Below are positions 1 to 9,819 of a stretch of 64,000 nucleotides of DNA, piece by piece. Numbering within the stretch: the stretch's first letter is position 1; the number at the start of each line of letters is the position of its first letter. Origin of the DNA: Candidatus Omnitrophota bacterium (GTDB lineage: Bacteria; Omnitrophota; Gorgyraeia; Tantalellales; Tantalellaceae); contig WJMH01000006.1 of assembly GCA_014728045.1 (NCBI GenBank), positions 52,738 to 116,737 on the forward strand, written 5' to 3'. The notes under the pieces were generated by a model. That model searched no databases, was not told the DNA's origin, and saw only the letters and a program-made list of their open reading frames with translations. Position numbers and translations under genes: made by a program.

Positions 1-1
1 A

Positions 2-934
2 ATCAAGCCCCGCTGAAACAGAATGTGCCAGATGCACCTGTCCGTCCCGGTTCTCAAGAAGAAAGCTTTTGCTCCCATGAAGCACCCCTATTTTACCCTT
101 CAGAAGGGCCGCCCCGTGTTTGCCCGTAGTTATACCCAGACCAGCAGCTTCGACGCCTATGAACTTTATCTTCTTATCGTCAAAGAAAGGATGGAAAAGA
201 CCCATCGCGTTACTACCTCCTCCGACGCAGGCAACAAGATGCGTGGGAAGTTTCTTTTCCTTTTCCATGATCTGCTCGCGCACTTCTTTTCCTATCACTG
301 TCTGGAAATCCCTTACCATCATGGGATAGGGATGGGGGCCCGCGACCGAACCTATAACATAAAAAGTGTCACGCACGTTAGTGACCCAGTCCCTGATAGC
401 TTCGTTCATCGCATCCTTGAGGGTGCGGGAACCGCTTTCAACCGGTATAACGTTCGCTCCCAGCATCTTCATCCTGAAAACATTAAGGCTTTGCCTGTGT
501 ATGTCTTCGGTGCCCATGTACACGTCGCAATCAAGACCGAACAGCGCAGCAACGGTAGCGGTGGCCACTCCGTGCTGCCCGGCGCCTGTCTCAGCGATAA
601 GCCTTTTCTTGCCCATCTCAACGGCCAGAAGCCCCTGACCGATAGTATTGTTTATCTTGTGGGCTCCGGTGTGCAGGAGATCCTCGCGTTTGAGGTATAT
701 TTTCAGCCCTCCCAGCCGTTTAGTAAGGTTCTCCGCGAAATAAAGAGGCGTCGGTCTTCCCGCATAATCGCGCAGGAAATACCGGAAACGTTCCTTGAAC
801 GAAGCTGACCGGGATATCCTCTTATAGGCGTCTGTCAGTTCCCTCAGGGCAGGCATAAGCGTCTCGGGCACGTATTCGCCCCCGAACTGACCGAAGTATC
901 CCTTACTATCGGGTAATTTAGGTGTTTTTCGCAT
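2..934 (-). CDS. trpB: Tryptophan synthase beta chain, partial (runs off the left edge)
   Basis: Not in the ORF track. Manual minus-strand translation from ATG at 934 gives [30 protein letters not shown], and [12 protein letters not shown]...HSVSAGLD at the window edge. Both are TrpB motifs. The start overlaps the end of trpF. Confidence 0.96.
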   Translation of the reverse strand, partial: MRKTPKLPDSKGYFGQFGGEYVPETLMPALRELTDAYKRISRSASFKERFRYFLRDYAGRPTPLYFAENLTKRLGGLKIYLKREDLLHTGAHKINNTIGQGLLAVEMGKKRLIAETGAGQHGVATATVAALFGLDCDVYMGTEDIHRQSLNVFRMKMLGANVIPVESGSRTLKDAMNEAIRDWVTNVRDTFYVIGSVAGPHPYPMMVRDFQTVIGKEVREQIMEKEKKLPTHLVACVGGGSNAMGLFHPFFDDKKIKFIGVEAAGLGITTGKHGAALLKGKIGVLHGSKSFLLENRDGQVHLAHSVSAGLD

Positions 935-1568
935 TTTCGATGAACTCCTTTAATAATGTGGCATCCTTTTTCCCGGGCTGCTTCTCAACCCCGCTTGAAG
1001 TATCAACTCCGTAGGGCGCAACCGCTCTGACCGCATCGGCCACGTTATCCGGGTCGAGTCCTCCGGCCACGAAAGTGCGGCCCCGGACGTCCTCCGACAG
1101 GTCATTCAGCGCATCCCAATCGAACCTTAATCCGGTACCCCCGTCCCTTTCGGGGTGGTATGTGTCGAACACAAAATAATCAGCGTTCTTGTAGTCTTCC
1201 GGGTAATTACCCCCGTTGGGCACGATAGCACGGTCGACCTTGAAGACCTTCATAACGCCAACAGGTGCTGATCCGGCAACCGACATGCAGTATTCCGGCG
1301 ATTCAGTTCCGTGAAGCTGGACGTGGTCGAACCGTTGGCCGGAGAGGAACTGCTTTACCGTCTCCAGCCGCTCATCCTTAAAAAGAGCCACCATGCCCAC
1401 CTTCGGGTATCTTTTCTTAACGCGATCTATTATACCCACAGCTTCATCGGGCTCGATATGCCTTGGAGTCCCTTTAACGAATATGAACCCCAGAAGGTCC
1501 GCCCCGTATTCAGAGGACCTTTTGGCATCCTCGAAATTGGTTATACCGCATATTTTCACCTTGACCAA
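918..1568 (-). CDS. trpF: Phosphoribosylanthranilate isomerase
   Basis: VKICGIT, VQLHG, GGTG..FDW, AGGL..NV and GVDTSSGVE motifs; trp operon context. Confidence 0.96.
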   Translation of the reverse strand: MVKVKICGITNFEDAKRSSEYGADLLGFIFVKGTPRHIEPDEAVGIIDRVKKRYPKVGMVALFKDERLETVKQFLSGQRFDHVQLHGTESPEYCMSVAGSAPVGVMKVFKVDRAIVPNGGNYPEDYKNADYFVFDTYHPERDGGTGLRFDWDALNDLSEDVRGRTFVAGGLDPDNVADAVRAVAPYGVDTSSGVEKQPGKKDATLLKEFIENAKNT

Positions 1569-1595
1569 AATAAAAGCTCCTTCTTGACGGTCCCT

Positions 1596-2372
1596 CTATT
1601 CCCTGATAAGCTCCCTGACTTTCTGCCCGATGTTCTCCGCACGCATGAAAGTCTCCCCTATAAGCACGCAGTTCACCCCGAGGCTCTTGAGGAACATCAC
1701 CTGTTCGTAGGTCTCGATCCCGCTTTCGGAAACTATGACCTTTGTCTCCGGTATAAGACGTATAAGCCTCTGGGTATTGGAAATATCCACGTTAAAATCG
1801 GAAAGATCACGGTTATTTATACCGATTATGGCGGCGTTACTGGCAAGTGCCTTCTCGACGTCCTCCTCGTTATGGACCTCGACCAGAGCGTCCATCCCCA
1901 GTTCCCTTGTAAAAGCCAGGTACCTGGTCAGCTCTTCCTGCGTGAGGATCTGCGCAATGAGAAGAAGCGCGTCCGCGCCGCTTACTAGTGTTTCATAGAT
2001 CTGGTATTCATCGATAATGAAATCTTTTCTGAGAACCGGTATGGTCACTCTCTCCTTGACCAGCTTCAGATATTCCAGTTTTCCGTCAAAGAACCTTTCA
2101 TCCGTAAGAACGCTGATCGCGCTGGCACCCGAAGCCTGGTAAGCAAGAGCGATCCTCAGCGGATCAAAGTCCTGGCGTATTATCCCTTTGGAAGGAGAGG
2201 ATCTTTTGATCTCGGCGATCAGGTTAATATGCCCTCTCCTTGAAATGCTCTTTCTGAACATGCTCTTGGTGTACATCGAAGAGGCCTTATCCTTAAGCTC
2301 ATTGAGCGGCACCTGTTTCTGAGACCTGTCTATCTCCCTGCGCTTCTCCTCAATTATCTTTGAAAGTATCAT
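1596..2372 (-). CDS. trpC: Indole-3-glycerol phosphate synthase
   Basis: IAEIKRSSPSKG, SVLTD, LRKDFI, GINNRDL and SESGI motifs. Confidence 0.97.
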   Translation of the reverse strand: MILSKIIEEKRREIDRSQKQVPLNELKDKASSMYTKSMFRKSISRRGHINLIAEIKRSSPSKGIIRQDFDPLRIALAYQASGASAISVLTDERFFDGKLEYLKLVKERVTIPVLRKDFIIDEYQIYETLVSGADALLLIAQILTQEELTRYLAFTRELGMDALVEVHNEEDVEKALASNAAIIGINNRDLSDFNVDISNTQRLIRLIPETKVIVSESGIETYEQVMFLKSLGVNCVLIGETFMRAENIGQKVRELIRE

Positions 2373-2409
2373 TTATCCTTCCTTACATTTTATCGCGCAC
2401 CCGGTGCGG

Positions 2410-3417
2410 TCACCCCGCCAGGCGCCTGAGCTGCTCGAGCTTCTCCATCGCCCTGCCCGAATCAATAGCTTCCTCGGCCATGCGCATGCCCTGTTTAAAA
2501 CTTTTCACCTTACCCGCGGCCATGAGCGCAACACTGGAATTCATAAGAACTATGTCCCGCCTGGGACCTTTCCCCCCGGAAAGAACATCTTTGACCATTT
2601 TCGCGTTCTGCTTCACTGTTCCGCCTTTTATGGTGGATAGAGGCCTGCGTTTTATACCGAAAGACTCGGGGCTGACAAGGAATGACCGTATCTTCCCGTC
2701 CTTGAGGCGGCTGATCTTCGTCCTGTCCGCTATACTGACCTCGTCCAGACCGTCGTCCCCGCAAACGATATAGGCTGACTTGGTGCCGAGTTTTTTCAGC
2801 ACCCGGGCCATGGTATCAGTAAGGCGCCTGTCATAGACTCCCAGTATCTGGCAGTTCGCGAAAGCCGGATTGGATAATGGCCCAAGTATATTAAAAACAG
2901 TTCTGATACCTATCTCTCTGCGCGGCATCAACGCGTGCTTCATCGCGCCGTGGTAAAGCGGAGCGAAAAGGAAGCCGATATCTATCTTTTTCAGGCATCT
3001 TTCCATGACCCTTTTCGAAGCTGTTATCTTTACGCCCAGCTCCTCCAGAACGTCCGCGCTGCCGCACTTGCTGGAAGCGGCCCGGTTGCCGTGTTTGGCC
3101 ACCTTTACCCCGCAGGCGGCAAGAACGAACGCCGCCGTGGTCGAAACATTGAAGGTGTGTTTTGCGCTGCCGCCGGTACCGCAGGTATCCAGAACAGTTC
3201 CCGGAACCCTGATCTTGACCGCTTTCTGTCTCATGGCTTTGGCGGCTCCTGTTATCTCCTCAACGGTCTCTCCCTTCATCCTGAGGGCTGTAATAAAGGC
3301 CCCTATCTGCGAGGGCGTTGCTTTACCGGTCATAATGCCGGTGAAGACCGAACGGGTCTGCTTCTCGGTAAGATCCACTCCTTCAACGATCTTCTGTATG
3401 GCTTGCTTCATTTTCAT
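2410..3417 (-). CDS. trpD: Anthranilate phosphoribosyltransferase
   Basis: DTCGTGG, FNVST, KHGNR..SSKCGSADVLE and RTVFNILGPLSNP motifs. Confidence 0.97.
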   Translation of the reverse strand: MKMKQAIQKIVEGVDLTEKQTRSVFTGIMTGKATPSQIGAFITALRMKGETVEEITGAAKAMRQKAVKIRVPGTVLDTCGTGGSAKHTFNVSTTAAFVLAACGVKVAKHGNRAASSKCGSADVLEELGVKITASKRVMERCLKKIDIGFLFAPLYHGAMKHALMPRREIGIRTVFNILGPLSNPAFANCQILGVYDRRLTDTMARVLKKLGTKSAYIVCGDDGLDEVSIADRTKISRLKDGKIRSFLVSPESFGIKRRPLSTIKGGTVKQNAKMVKDVLSGGKGPRRDIVLMNSSVALMAAGKVKSFKQGMRMAEEAIDSGRAMEKLEQLRRLAG

Positions 3418-3427
3418 GCTTTTCCCC

Positions 3428-3991
3428 TCATACCTCGATAAAGTTCTTCAATATGTTCATCCCTTCGGCGGTCAGTATGGATTCGGGGTGGAACTGCACC
3501 CCCCAGATCGGATGATCTTTGTGGACCACAGCCATTATCTCCTCATCCCCGGTCCTCGCTATAACCCTGAGCGGGTCCTTGACGGTAGCGGGATCAACGA
3601 CGAGCGAATGATATCTTGTCGCCACGAAGGGGGACGGTATCCCACTGAATATACCTTCTCCCTCGTGGTATACTTTACTGACCTTACCGTGCATTATCCT
3701 GTCGCTCTGTATTATCTGTGCTCCATAGACCTCGCCTATGCACTGGTGCCCGAGACAGACCCCGAGGATGGGTACCCTCCCCGCGAAAAGCCTTATGGCC
3801 TCCTTTGATATGCCGGCGTCATCCGGATTCCCCGGGCCGGGGGATATGATCAGCCTTTCAGGTGACATCTTTTCGATCTGTTCGGGGGCTATCCTGTCGT
3901 TACGGTAGACCGCGACCTCTTCCCCCAGTTCACCAAGGTATTGAACAAGGTTGTAAGTGAAAGAATCGTAGTTATCTATTACGAAGATCAT
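3428..3991 (-). CDS. trpG: Anthranilate synthase component II (glutamine amidotransferase)
   Basis: IDNYDSFTYNL, ISPGPG, LGVCLGHQ and GVQFHPES motifs. Start moved to ATG 3991, which forms an ATGA overlap with the trpE stop; the longer ORF to 4192 would overlap trpE. Confidence 0.95.
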   Translation of the reverse strand: MIFVIDNYDSFTYNLVQYLGELGEEVAVYRNDRIAPEQIEKMSPERLIISPGPGNPDDAGISKEAIRLFAGRVPILGVCLGHQCIGEVYGAQIIQSDRIMHGKVSKVYHEGEGIFSGIPSPFVATRYHSLVVDPATVKDPLRVIARTGDEEIMAVVHKDHPIWGVQFHPESILTAEGMNILKNFIEV

Positions 3992-5466
3992 TGCAGCCCT
4001 CTTTCGGCGAACTCGATGGCCTTGAGCATGGCCCTGGCCTTGTTCTTCGTCTCCTTGTATTCCAATCTGGGATCGGAATCGAGCACTATACCGGCACCGG
4101 CCTGTATATACGCGGTATCGTCTATCATGATTATCGTTCTTATGGTAATACACAGGTCGATATTGCCTGAAAAACTTATATACCCCACGCAACCGGCATA
4201 AGGCCCCCGTCTTGTCTTCTCCAGGCTGTCTATGAGTTGCATGGCCCGGACCTTGGGAGCGCCGGTCACGGTACCCGCCGGGAAAGTGGCGCGTATCAAA
4301 CTGTAAACATCCTCCCCTTCCCGCAGTTTGCCCACCACGTCGCTCACGATATGCATAACGTGTGAATAGCGCTCGATACGCATCAGCTCTCTTGGCTTGA
4401 CCGAAGAATATTCGCAGACCCTTCCGATGTCGTTACGCCCCAGATCGACGAGCATGATATGTTCGGCCCTTTCCTTGGGATCGGCCAAGAGCTCCCTCTC
4501 CATTGTAAGGTCATCCTCTTCGTCTTTTCCCCGTTTGCGCGTGCCGGCTATGGGTCTTACTTCCACGAGGCTATCCTCACATCTTACGAGTATCTCAGGA
4601 GAAGAACCGACCAGCCTGTAACCGTCGAGCTTAAGATAGAACATGTACGGCGAAGGATTTATAGACCTTAACGCCCTGTAGACCATGAATGGATCGGCCT
4701 CGGTCTTTCTGCGGAACCTCTGGGAAAGGACAAGCTGTATGACCTCTCCCGAGCGGATGTATTCCTTTGTTCTTTCGACCGCTTCCCGGAACTGCTCCTC
4801 AGTGAAATTGGAATCGGTTTCATGCCGGGAGTCCTTAACAGGAAGATCTTCAGGCTCCGGCAGATCTTTTTTGAGCTTTTCGACTATTCTGTCGATCTTC
4901 TCGCATGCCTTCCGGTAGGCCTTGCCGGGATCGTCCTTCTCGACGAGCGAATTGGAAACCACTTTTATCTTATGGTCTACATGGTCAAATATGAGAATAG
5001 TGTCCGTAAGCATGAAAAGCATCTCAGGAACATCGAAATCCTCCGGGTTCTCATCGGGGATTTCCTCGATAAAGCGGACCATATCATACCCCATATAGCC
5101 AACCAGCCCACCGCAGAACCTCGGCAGACCTTTTACATTGACGAACTTGAAACGCCCCATGAATTGCCTGATCTCGCTTATGGGGTCCTCTTTGGCGATG
5201 CGCTCTTCGGTCCTGGATCCGCGGGTAAAGGTTATCTTCTCCCCTTTGCTGTGGATAATAAGCGAGGGGTCGCTTCCCAAAAACGAATACCTGGCCATGT
5301 GAGCGCCTCCCTCCACCGACTCCAATAGATAAGCGTATCCCTTGTCGTCTATCTTCCTGAAAGCTGAAAGAGGAGTATCGAAGTCCGCCAGAAGCTCTTT
5401 GTAAACAGGTATCACGTTACCCTGTTCAGACAGTTCTATGAATGTGTCCTTGTCCGGATAATACAT
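3988..5466 (-). CDS. trpE: Anthranilate synthase component I
   Basis: LLES, NPSPY, PIAGTR, EHIMLVDLGRND, FPAGTVTGAPKVRAM and AGAGIV motifs. Confidence 0.97.
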   Translation of the reverse strand: MYYPDKDTFIELSEQGNVIPVYKELLADFDTPLSAFRKIDDKGYAYLLESVEGGAHMARYSFLGSDPSLIIHSKGEKITFTRGSRTEERIAKEDPISEIRQFMGRFKFVNVKGLPRFCGGLVGYMGYDMVRFIEEIPDENPEDFDVPEMLFMLTDTILIFDHVDHKIKVVSNSLVEKDDPGKAYRKACEKIDRIVEKLKKDLPEPEDLPVKDSRHETDSNFTEEQFREAVERTKEYIRSGEVIQLVLSQRFRRKTEADPFMVYRALRSINPSPYMFYLKLDGYRLVGSSPEILVRCEDSLVEVRPIAGTRKRGKDEEDDLTMERELLADPKERAEHIMLVDLGRNDIGRVCEYSSVKPRELMRIERYSHVMHIVSDVVGKLREGEDVYSLIRATFPAGTVTGAPKVRAMQLIDSLEKTRRGPYAGCVGYISFSGNIDLCITIRTIIMIDDTAYIQAGAGIVLDSDPRLEYKETKNKARAMLKAIEFAERGLQ

Positions 5467-5849
5467 TATTTGTTATACACTTCCTCGGGGTCAAAAACCC
5501 TTTGCTCATCCACAAAAAAGCCCCCCTTATCATCTACTTTTCTGAAATAACAGCTGAAATACCCCTTATGGCATGCCGCCCTTTCCTGGTCTACTTTGAA
5601 AAGCAGTGAGTTATCCGCGCAATCGACGGCAATTTCCTTCACGGCCTGCACGCAGCCGGATGTCTCGCCCTTGAGCATTATGCGCCCCTTGGACCTTCTG
5701 AAAACGTAGATCTTCTTCTCTTTAATGGTCCTCTCGAGCGCCTCTTTATCCATATAACAGAGCGTAAGGACCCGTCCGGTCTTATCGTCCTGTATTATAG
5801 CGGGGATGAGCCCCTTCTGGTCAAAATTAAGTTCTTTCATGAAATCCAT
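5466..5849 (-). CDS. hisI: Phosphoribosyl-AMP cyclohydrolase (no fused HisE)
   Basis: GLIPAIIQD, KGETSG, DCAD.S and ACHKG..SCYFR motifs. Confidence 0.94.
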   Translation of the reverse strand: MDFMKELNFDQKGLIPAIIQDDKTGRVLTLCYMDKEALERTIKEKKIYVFRRSKGRIMLKGETSGCVQAVKEIAVDCADNSLLFKVDQERAACHKGYFSCYFRKVDDKGGFFVDEQRVFDPEEVYNK

Positions 5850-5852
5850 GTT

Positions 5853-6611
5853 CTACTCCCTTACAAGTACACCGTTCTTTTTAAGATACTCCTTTACCTG
5901 CCGTATTGAATATTCCCTGAAATGAAAAATGGAAGCGGCCAGGGCCGCGTCCGCCTTGCCCTCGGTAAGGACCTGCAATATATGTTCCATATTGCCGCAT
6001 CCTCCGGAAGCTATCACCGGTATGGATACCGCCTCGCTTACCGTACGGGTAAGATCGATATCAAAACCGTCCCTGGTGCCGTCACGATCCATGCTGGTAA
6101 GCAGGATCTCGCCAGCACCGAGGTTTTGAACACGCTTTGCCCATTCCACCACATCGATACCGGTAGCTTCCCTTCCGCCCTTTATGTAAACCTCCCATTT
6201 GCCGGCAGCTGCCATCTTGGCGTCGATGGCGACCACCACGCACTGGGAACCGAACTTGCAACTGGCCTCCTTCACAAGTTCTTCTCTCTGCACGGCCGAG
6301 GTATTAACCGATATCTTGTCACAACCGGCGTTGAGAAGTTCCCGTATGTCCTCGGTAGTGGAGATACCTCCCCCGACCGTATAGGGCATAAAAACCTTTT
6401 CCGCCACTCTTTCGGCGACATCGACCATCGTCTTGCGCTTCTCGTGGCTTGCTGTTATATCAAGGAAGACCAGCTCATCCGCTCCCTCATTATTATATAT
6501 TTCAGCGTTCGTGACAGGGTCCCCGGCATCTATCAGGTTGACGAAATTGACGCCTTTTACGACACGGCCCTCTTTAACGTCAAGACAGGGTATTATCCGC
6601 TTTGCCAGCAT
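5853..6611 (-). CDS. hisF: Imidazole glycerol phosphate synthase cyclase subunit
   Basis: [25 protein letters not shown] and [15 protein letters not shown] motifs. Confidence 0.98.
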   Translation of the reverse strand: MLAKRIIPCLDVKEGRVVKGVNFVNLIDAGDPVTNAEIYNNEGADELVFLDITASHEKRKTMVDVAERVAEKVFMPYTVGGGISTTEDIRELLNAGCDKISVNTSAVQREELVKEASCKFGSQCVVVAIDAKMAAAGKWEVYIKGGREATGIDVVEWAKRVQNLGAGEILLTSMDRDGTRDGFDIDLTRTVSEAVSIPVIASGGCGNMEHILQVLTEGKADAALAASIFHFREYSIRQVKEYLKKNGVLVRE

Positions 6612-7320
6612 CTATGGCCTCCCTTAGGTCTATGGTCCCTTCGTAAAGCGCCCTTCCCACGATCACACCGGAAAGACCCAGCGGTTCAAGCTTTTTAAGC
6701 CCTTTTATGTGATCGACGGTCTTTACCCCTCCGGCTGAAATAAGCTTGATATTGACCTCCTGTAGAATCCTTTCCAGGTGATCCGTGCTGGGCCCGGCGA
6801 GCATACCGTCCTTCTGTATATCCGTATAGATGATCTCGCGTGCTCCGAAGGAGACGAACTTGCGCAGGATATCGAACAGATCAAAGTCCATCTCTTCCTC
6901 CCAGCCTTCCACCTTGGGCTGGAAGTTCTTTGCGTCCGCGCTGAGGATGACCCTTTCACGAAAATCCGTGATACAGTTCCTGGCGAAATCAAGCTCCTGG
7001 AAAGCCTTGGTACCGACAACGACCCTCCAAACGCCGTGATCAAGCGCGCTTTTAATATCGATCTCCTTGCGGTAACCGCCTCCAACCTCGACGGGTATGC
7101 TGAGAGCTTTTACGATCTCCCGTATGGTGTCCAGATTGACTGGGCGGCCTTCCCTTGCGCCGTCCAGATCAACGACATGGAGCATCTCCGCACCCATGGC
7201 TTCCCATTTCCTTGCAGCATCCAGAGGTGAAAGCTCGTATTTGAGCTTGCGGCCGTAATCACCCTGTTTGAGCCTGACGGTCTTACCGCCGATAATGTCT
7301 ACAGCTGGTATTATCTTCAT
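6580..7320 (-). CDS. hisA: ProFAR isomerase
   Basis: [34 protein letters not shown] and IVGRALYEG motifs. Confidence 0.96.
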   Translation of the reverse strand: MKIIPAVDIIGGKTVRLKQGDYGRKLKYELSPLDAARKWEAMGAEMLHVVDLDGAREGRPVNLDTIREIVKALSIPVEVGGGYRKEIDIKSALDHGVWRVVVGTKAFQELDFARNCITDFRERVILSADAKNFQPKVEGWEEEMDFDLFDILRKFVSFGAREIIYTDIQKDGMLAGPSTDHLERILQEVNIKLISAGGVKTVDHIKGLKKLEPLGLSGVIVGRALYEGTIDLREAIDAGKADNTLS

Positions 7321-7925
7321 AATCTTGAAAAGTTCTCCAGTATTTTAAGTCCGTTACTCTGTGACCTCTCGGGATGGAACTGTACAGCGTAAATATTGTC
7401 CTTCCATAACGCGGAAGTGTATTCCAGCCCGTATTCGGTGATCCCGCAGGTGCTCTCTTTTTCGGTGCTGTCGCAATAATACGAATGCACAAAATAGAAA
7501 TACGACCCGCTCCGGACCCCTTTAAAGAGAGGACATCCCTCTTTTAATATATTAACGGTGTTCCAACCTATCTGCGGCACTTTCAGCCCCTCTGCCCGAG
7601 GAAAGAGCCTGACGTTACCTTCGACCACCCCCAGACCCTCGCACCCGCCGCTCTCCTCGCTGCGGGTGAAAAGAAGCTGTAATCCCAGGCATATGCCCAG
7701 AAAAGGCCGCCCGTCACCCAGATAGTCCTTTATGGCCCCGGTAAGGCCCCTTTTCGCAAGACCCTCCATCGCGTCCTTGCCGGAACCGACGCCCGGGAAC
7801 ACCAGTTTATCCACATCCTTCATTGAAGCGCGATCCGCACAGATGATCACTTCCTCACCTATGTACCGGAACGCGTTATGGACGCTCCTTAAATTACCGG
7901 CTCCGTAATCTATGATACCGATCAT
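7317..7925 (-). CDS. hisH: Imidazole glycerol phosphate synthase glutaminase subunit
   Basis: IIDYGAGNLRSV, PGVG, LGICLG, YFVHSY and QFHPE motifs. Confidence 0.97.
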   Translation of the reverse strand: MIGIIDYGAGNLRSVHNAFRYIGEEVIICADRASMKDVDKLVFPGVGSGKDAMEGLAKRGLTGAIKDYLGDGRPFLGICLGLQLLFTRSEESGGCEGLGVVEGNVRLFPRAEGLKVPQIGWNTVNILKEGCPLFKGVRSGSYFYFVHSYYCDSTEKESTCGITEYGLEYTSALWKDNIYAVQFHPERSQSNGLKILENFSRL

Positions 7926-7932
7926 GACTCTC

Positions 7933-8565
7933 CTACAGTATACCCTTGCTTGAAGGGACCTCGTCCTTTCTTCTTGGGTCTATCCTGGTCGCCCGGTCCA
8001 TGGCGATACCAAGCGCTTTGAACGCCGCTTCAAGATAATGGTGCAAGTCCCCTTCCCCGGTTATCTCAACATGGAGATTCATCGCCATCTTGTTCGCGAA
8101 GCTGGTAAGGAAGTCCTGCGCGTAATGCATCGAATAACCTTCATCGTCCTTGATCGCTTCCTGGAATTTACCTTTTCTTTCAAAAACGAATGCCGGACGG
8201 TTCGAAAGGTCTACCACGACTCTGGCTCTTGCCTTGTCCATGGGTACTTCCGCTGAAGCTGTTCTGGCTATTCCCTTACACTCCCCCAGAGCCTTCCTGA
8301 AAGCTTCGCCCATGGCCAGGCCTATGTCCTCGTTGAGGTGGTGGTTATCCACGTGGGTATCCCCAGTAGCGTAAAGCTCAAGGTCAAAATAACCGTGATA
8401 AGAAAAAAGCGTGAGCATGTGGTCCAGAAACCCTATAGAGGTCGTGATCTTCGTCTGGCCCGTGCCGTCAATGTTAAGAACGGGTATCTTGATCTGCGTT
8501 TCCTTGGATTCTCTGGCGTACTCTATCTTTCTTTCTCTGTATGAACTTTTGCCGAATATTGACAT
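7933..8565 (-). CDS. hisB: Imidazoleglycerol-phosphate dehydratase
   Basis: GFLDHML, D.HH..ED.G, HH..EA.FKA and PSSKG motifs. Start placed at ATG 8565, which follows GGAGGG. Confidence 0.95.
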   Translation of the reverse strand: MSIFGKSSYRERKIEYARESKETQIKIPVLNIDGTGQTKITTSIGFLDHMLTLFSYHGYFDLELYATGDTHVDNHHLNEDIGLAMGEAFRKALGECKGIARTASAEVPMDKARARVVVDLSNRPAFVFERKGKFQEAIKDDEGYSMHYAQDFLTSFANKMAMNLHVEITGEGDLHHYLEAAFKALGIAMDRATRIDPRRKDEVPSSKGIL

Positions 8566-8592
8566 ATTCCCTCCATTCCCGGTCAGGATCAC

Positions 8593-9819
8593 TTATTCGC
8601 ACCTTATCCCGACTGACTCCCAGTGCTTTTCGAGTTTTTCCAGTTCCGTGAGCTCCTTCACCCATCCGGCGGACCCGGAAAGTGCCTTACGTGAATACGA
8701 GATTATGTGCGAACTCTTAATGAAACTCCTCAGATTAAGACCCGACGAATACCGCGCCGTGCCCCCTGTCGGCAGGACATGACTCGGACCCGCCACGTAA
8801 TCGCCCAGAGCTACCGGGGTATATTGCCCCAGGAAAATGGCCCCCGCATTGGTGATGTTCTTAAGGACCCTCTTTGGTGACTTTACCATAAGCTGGAGAT
8901 GTTCCGGCGCTATTCTATTGGATATTTCAGCAGCCTCATCAAGATTCTTGACCTTGATTATGTACCCCTTCACCTCCGGGTCTTTATGGAGGGCGTTGAA
9001 CACCCTTCTTGAAGGGGTCACCAGAACAGCCAGCCCCTTATGGTGTTCCGCCTGCGCCTGCAGGTCCTTCTTTATGTAATCGATGTTGGCGAACCTGTTT
9101 GCTATGATCAGAACTTCACTGGGTCCGGCAAGCATGTCTATGTCACAGTGACCGAAGACCTGGCGCTTTGCCTCTGTGACATACTCGTTACCCGGACCTA
9201 CTATCTTGTCCACCCGCGGTATGGTCTTCGTGCCGTAGGCAAGGGCTCCTATAGCCTGGGCCCCTCCCACCTTGTATATCTCATCGACCTTTAATAGGTC
9301 GGCGACCACCAGTATATGCGGGTCGATGCTCTTGTACTCGTTTGGGGGGGAGGTGAGAATTATCCTCTTTACCCCCGCTATCTTCGCCGGAAGCACTGTC
9401 ATGTAAACACTCGAAACTAAGGGCACCGTCCCGCTCGGGACATAAACCCCGACCCTTTCTATGGGTTCGAATTTCTCGCCCAGCTCTATACCCGATTCGT
9501 GCTGTATTGACCAGGATTTCGGGACCTGGTTCTTGTAGAACTTGTCGATGTTGCGGATTATCTTCTTGAGAGTGTTCACGATCTCGGGTTTTATGTCCTG
9601 GTAGGCACCGCTTATCTCCGCCTCGCCGACTTTGAGGTCCTTTTTCCTCATGTCAATCCTATCGAAACGTTTGGTGTATCTTAAAACGGCGCCATCGCCG
9701 TCCTTCCGGACGCTTTCGAGTATCCCTGAAACCTTCTTCTGCAATCGCACTCTGCCCTGATCATGTCTGTTGACAAGCCCCTCAAATACCTTACTGCCTA
9801 CTTTAATGCTCCTCATCAT
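8593..9819 (-). CDS. hisD: Histidinol dehydrogenase
   Basis: GGAQAIGALAYGT, KIVGPGN, IDMLAGPSEV, QAEH, APEHL and GDYVAGPSHVLPT motifs. The start overlaps the alaS stop. Confidence 0.96.
   Translation of the reverse strand: MMRSIKVGSKVFEGLVNRHDQGRVRLQKKVSGILESVRKDGDGAVLRYTKRFDRIDMRKKDLKVGEAEISGAYQDIKPEIVNTLKKIIRNIDKFYKNQVPKSWSIQHESGIELGEKFEPIERVGVYVPSGTVPLVSSVYMTVLPAKIAGVKRIILTSPPNEYKSIDPHILVVADLLKVDEIYKVGGAQAIGALAYGTKTIPRVDKIVGPGNEYVTEAKRQVFGHCDIDMLAGPSEVLIIANRFANIDYIKKDLQAQAEHHKGLAVLVTPSRRVFNALHKDPEVKGYIIKVKNLDEAAEISNRIAPEHLQLMVKSPKRVLKNITNAGAIFLGQYTPVALGDYVAGPSHVLPTGGTARYSSGLNLRSFIKSSHIISYSRKALSGSAGWVKELTELEKLEKHWESVGIRCE

Noticed and set aside
23-808. 261-aa plus-strand ORF
   Set aside because: Antisense shadow of trpB, which has clear motifs on the minus strand.
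3992-4192. N-terminal extension of the trpG ORF
   Set aside because: Overlaps trpE in another frame; family similarity starts at MIFVIDNYDSF (ATG 3991).
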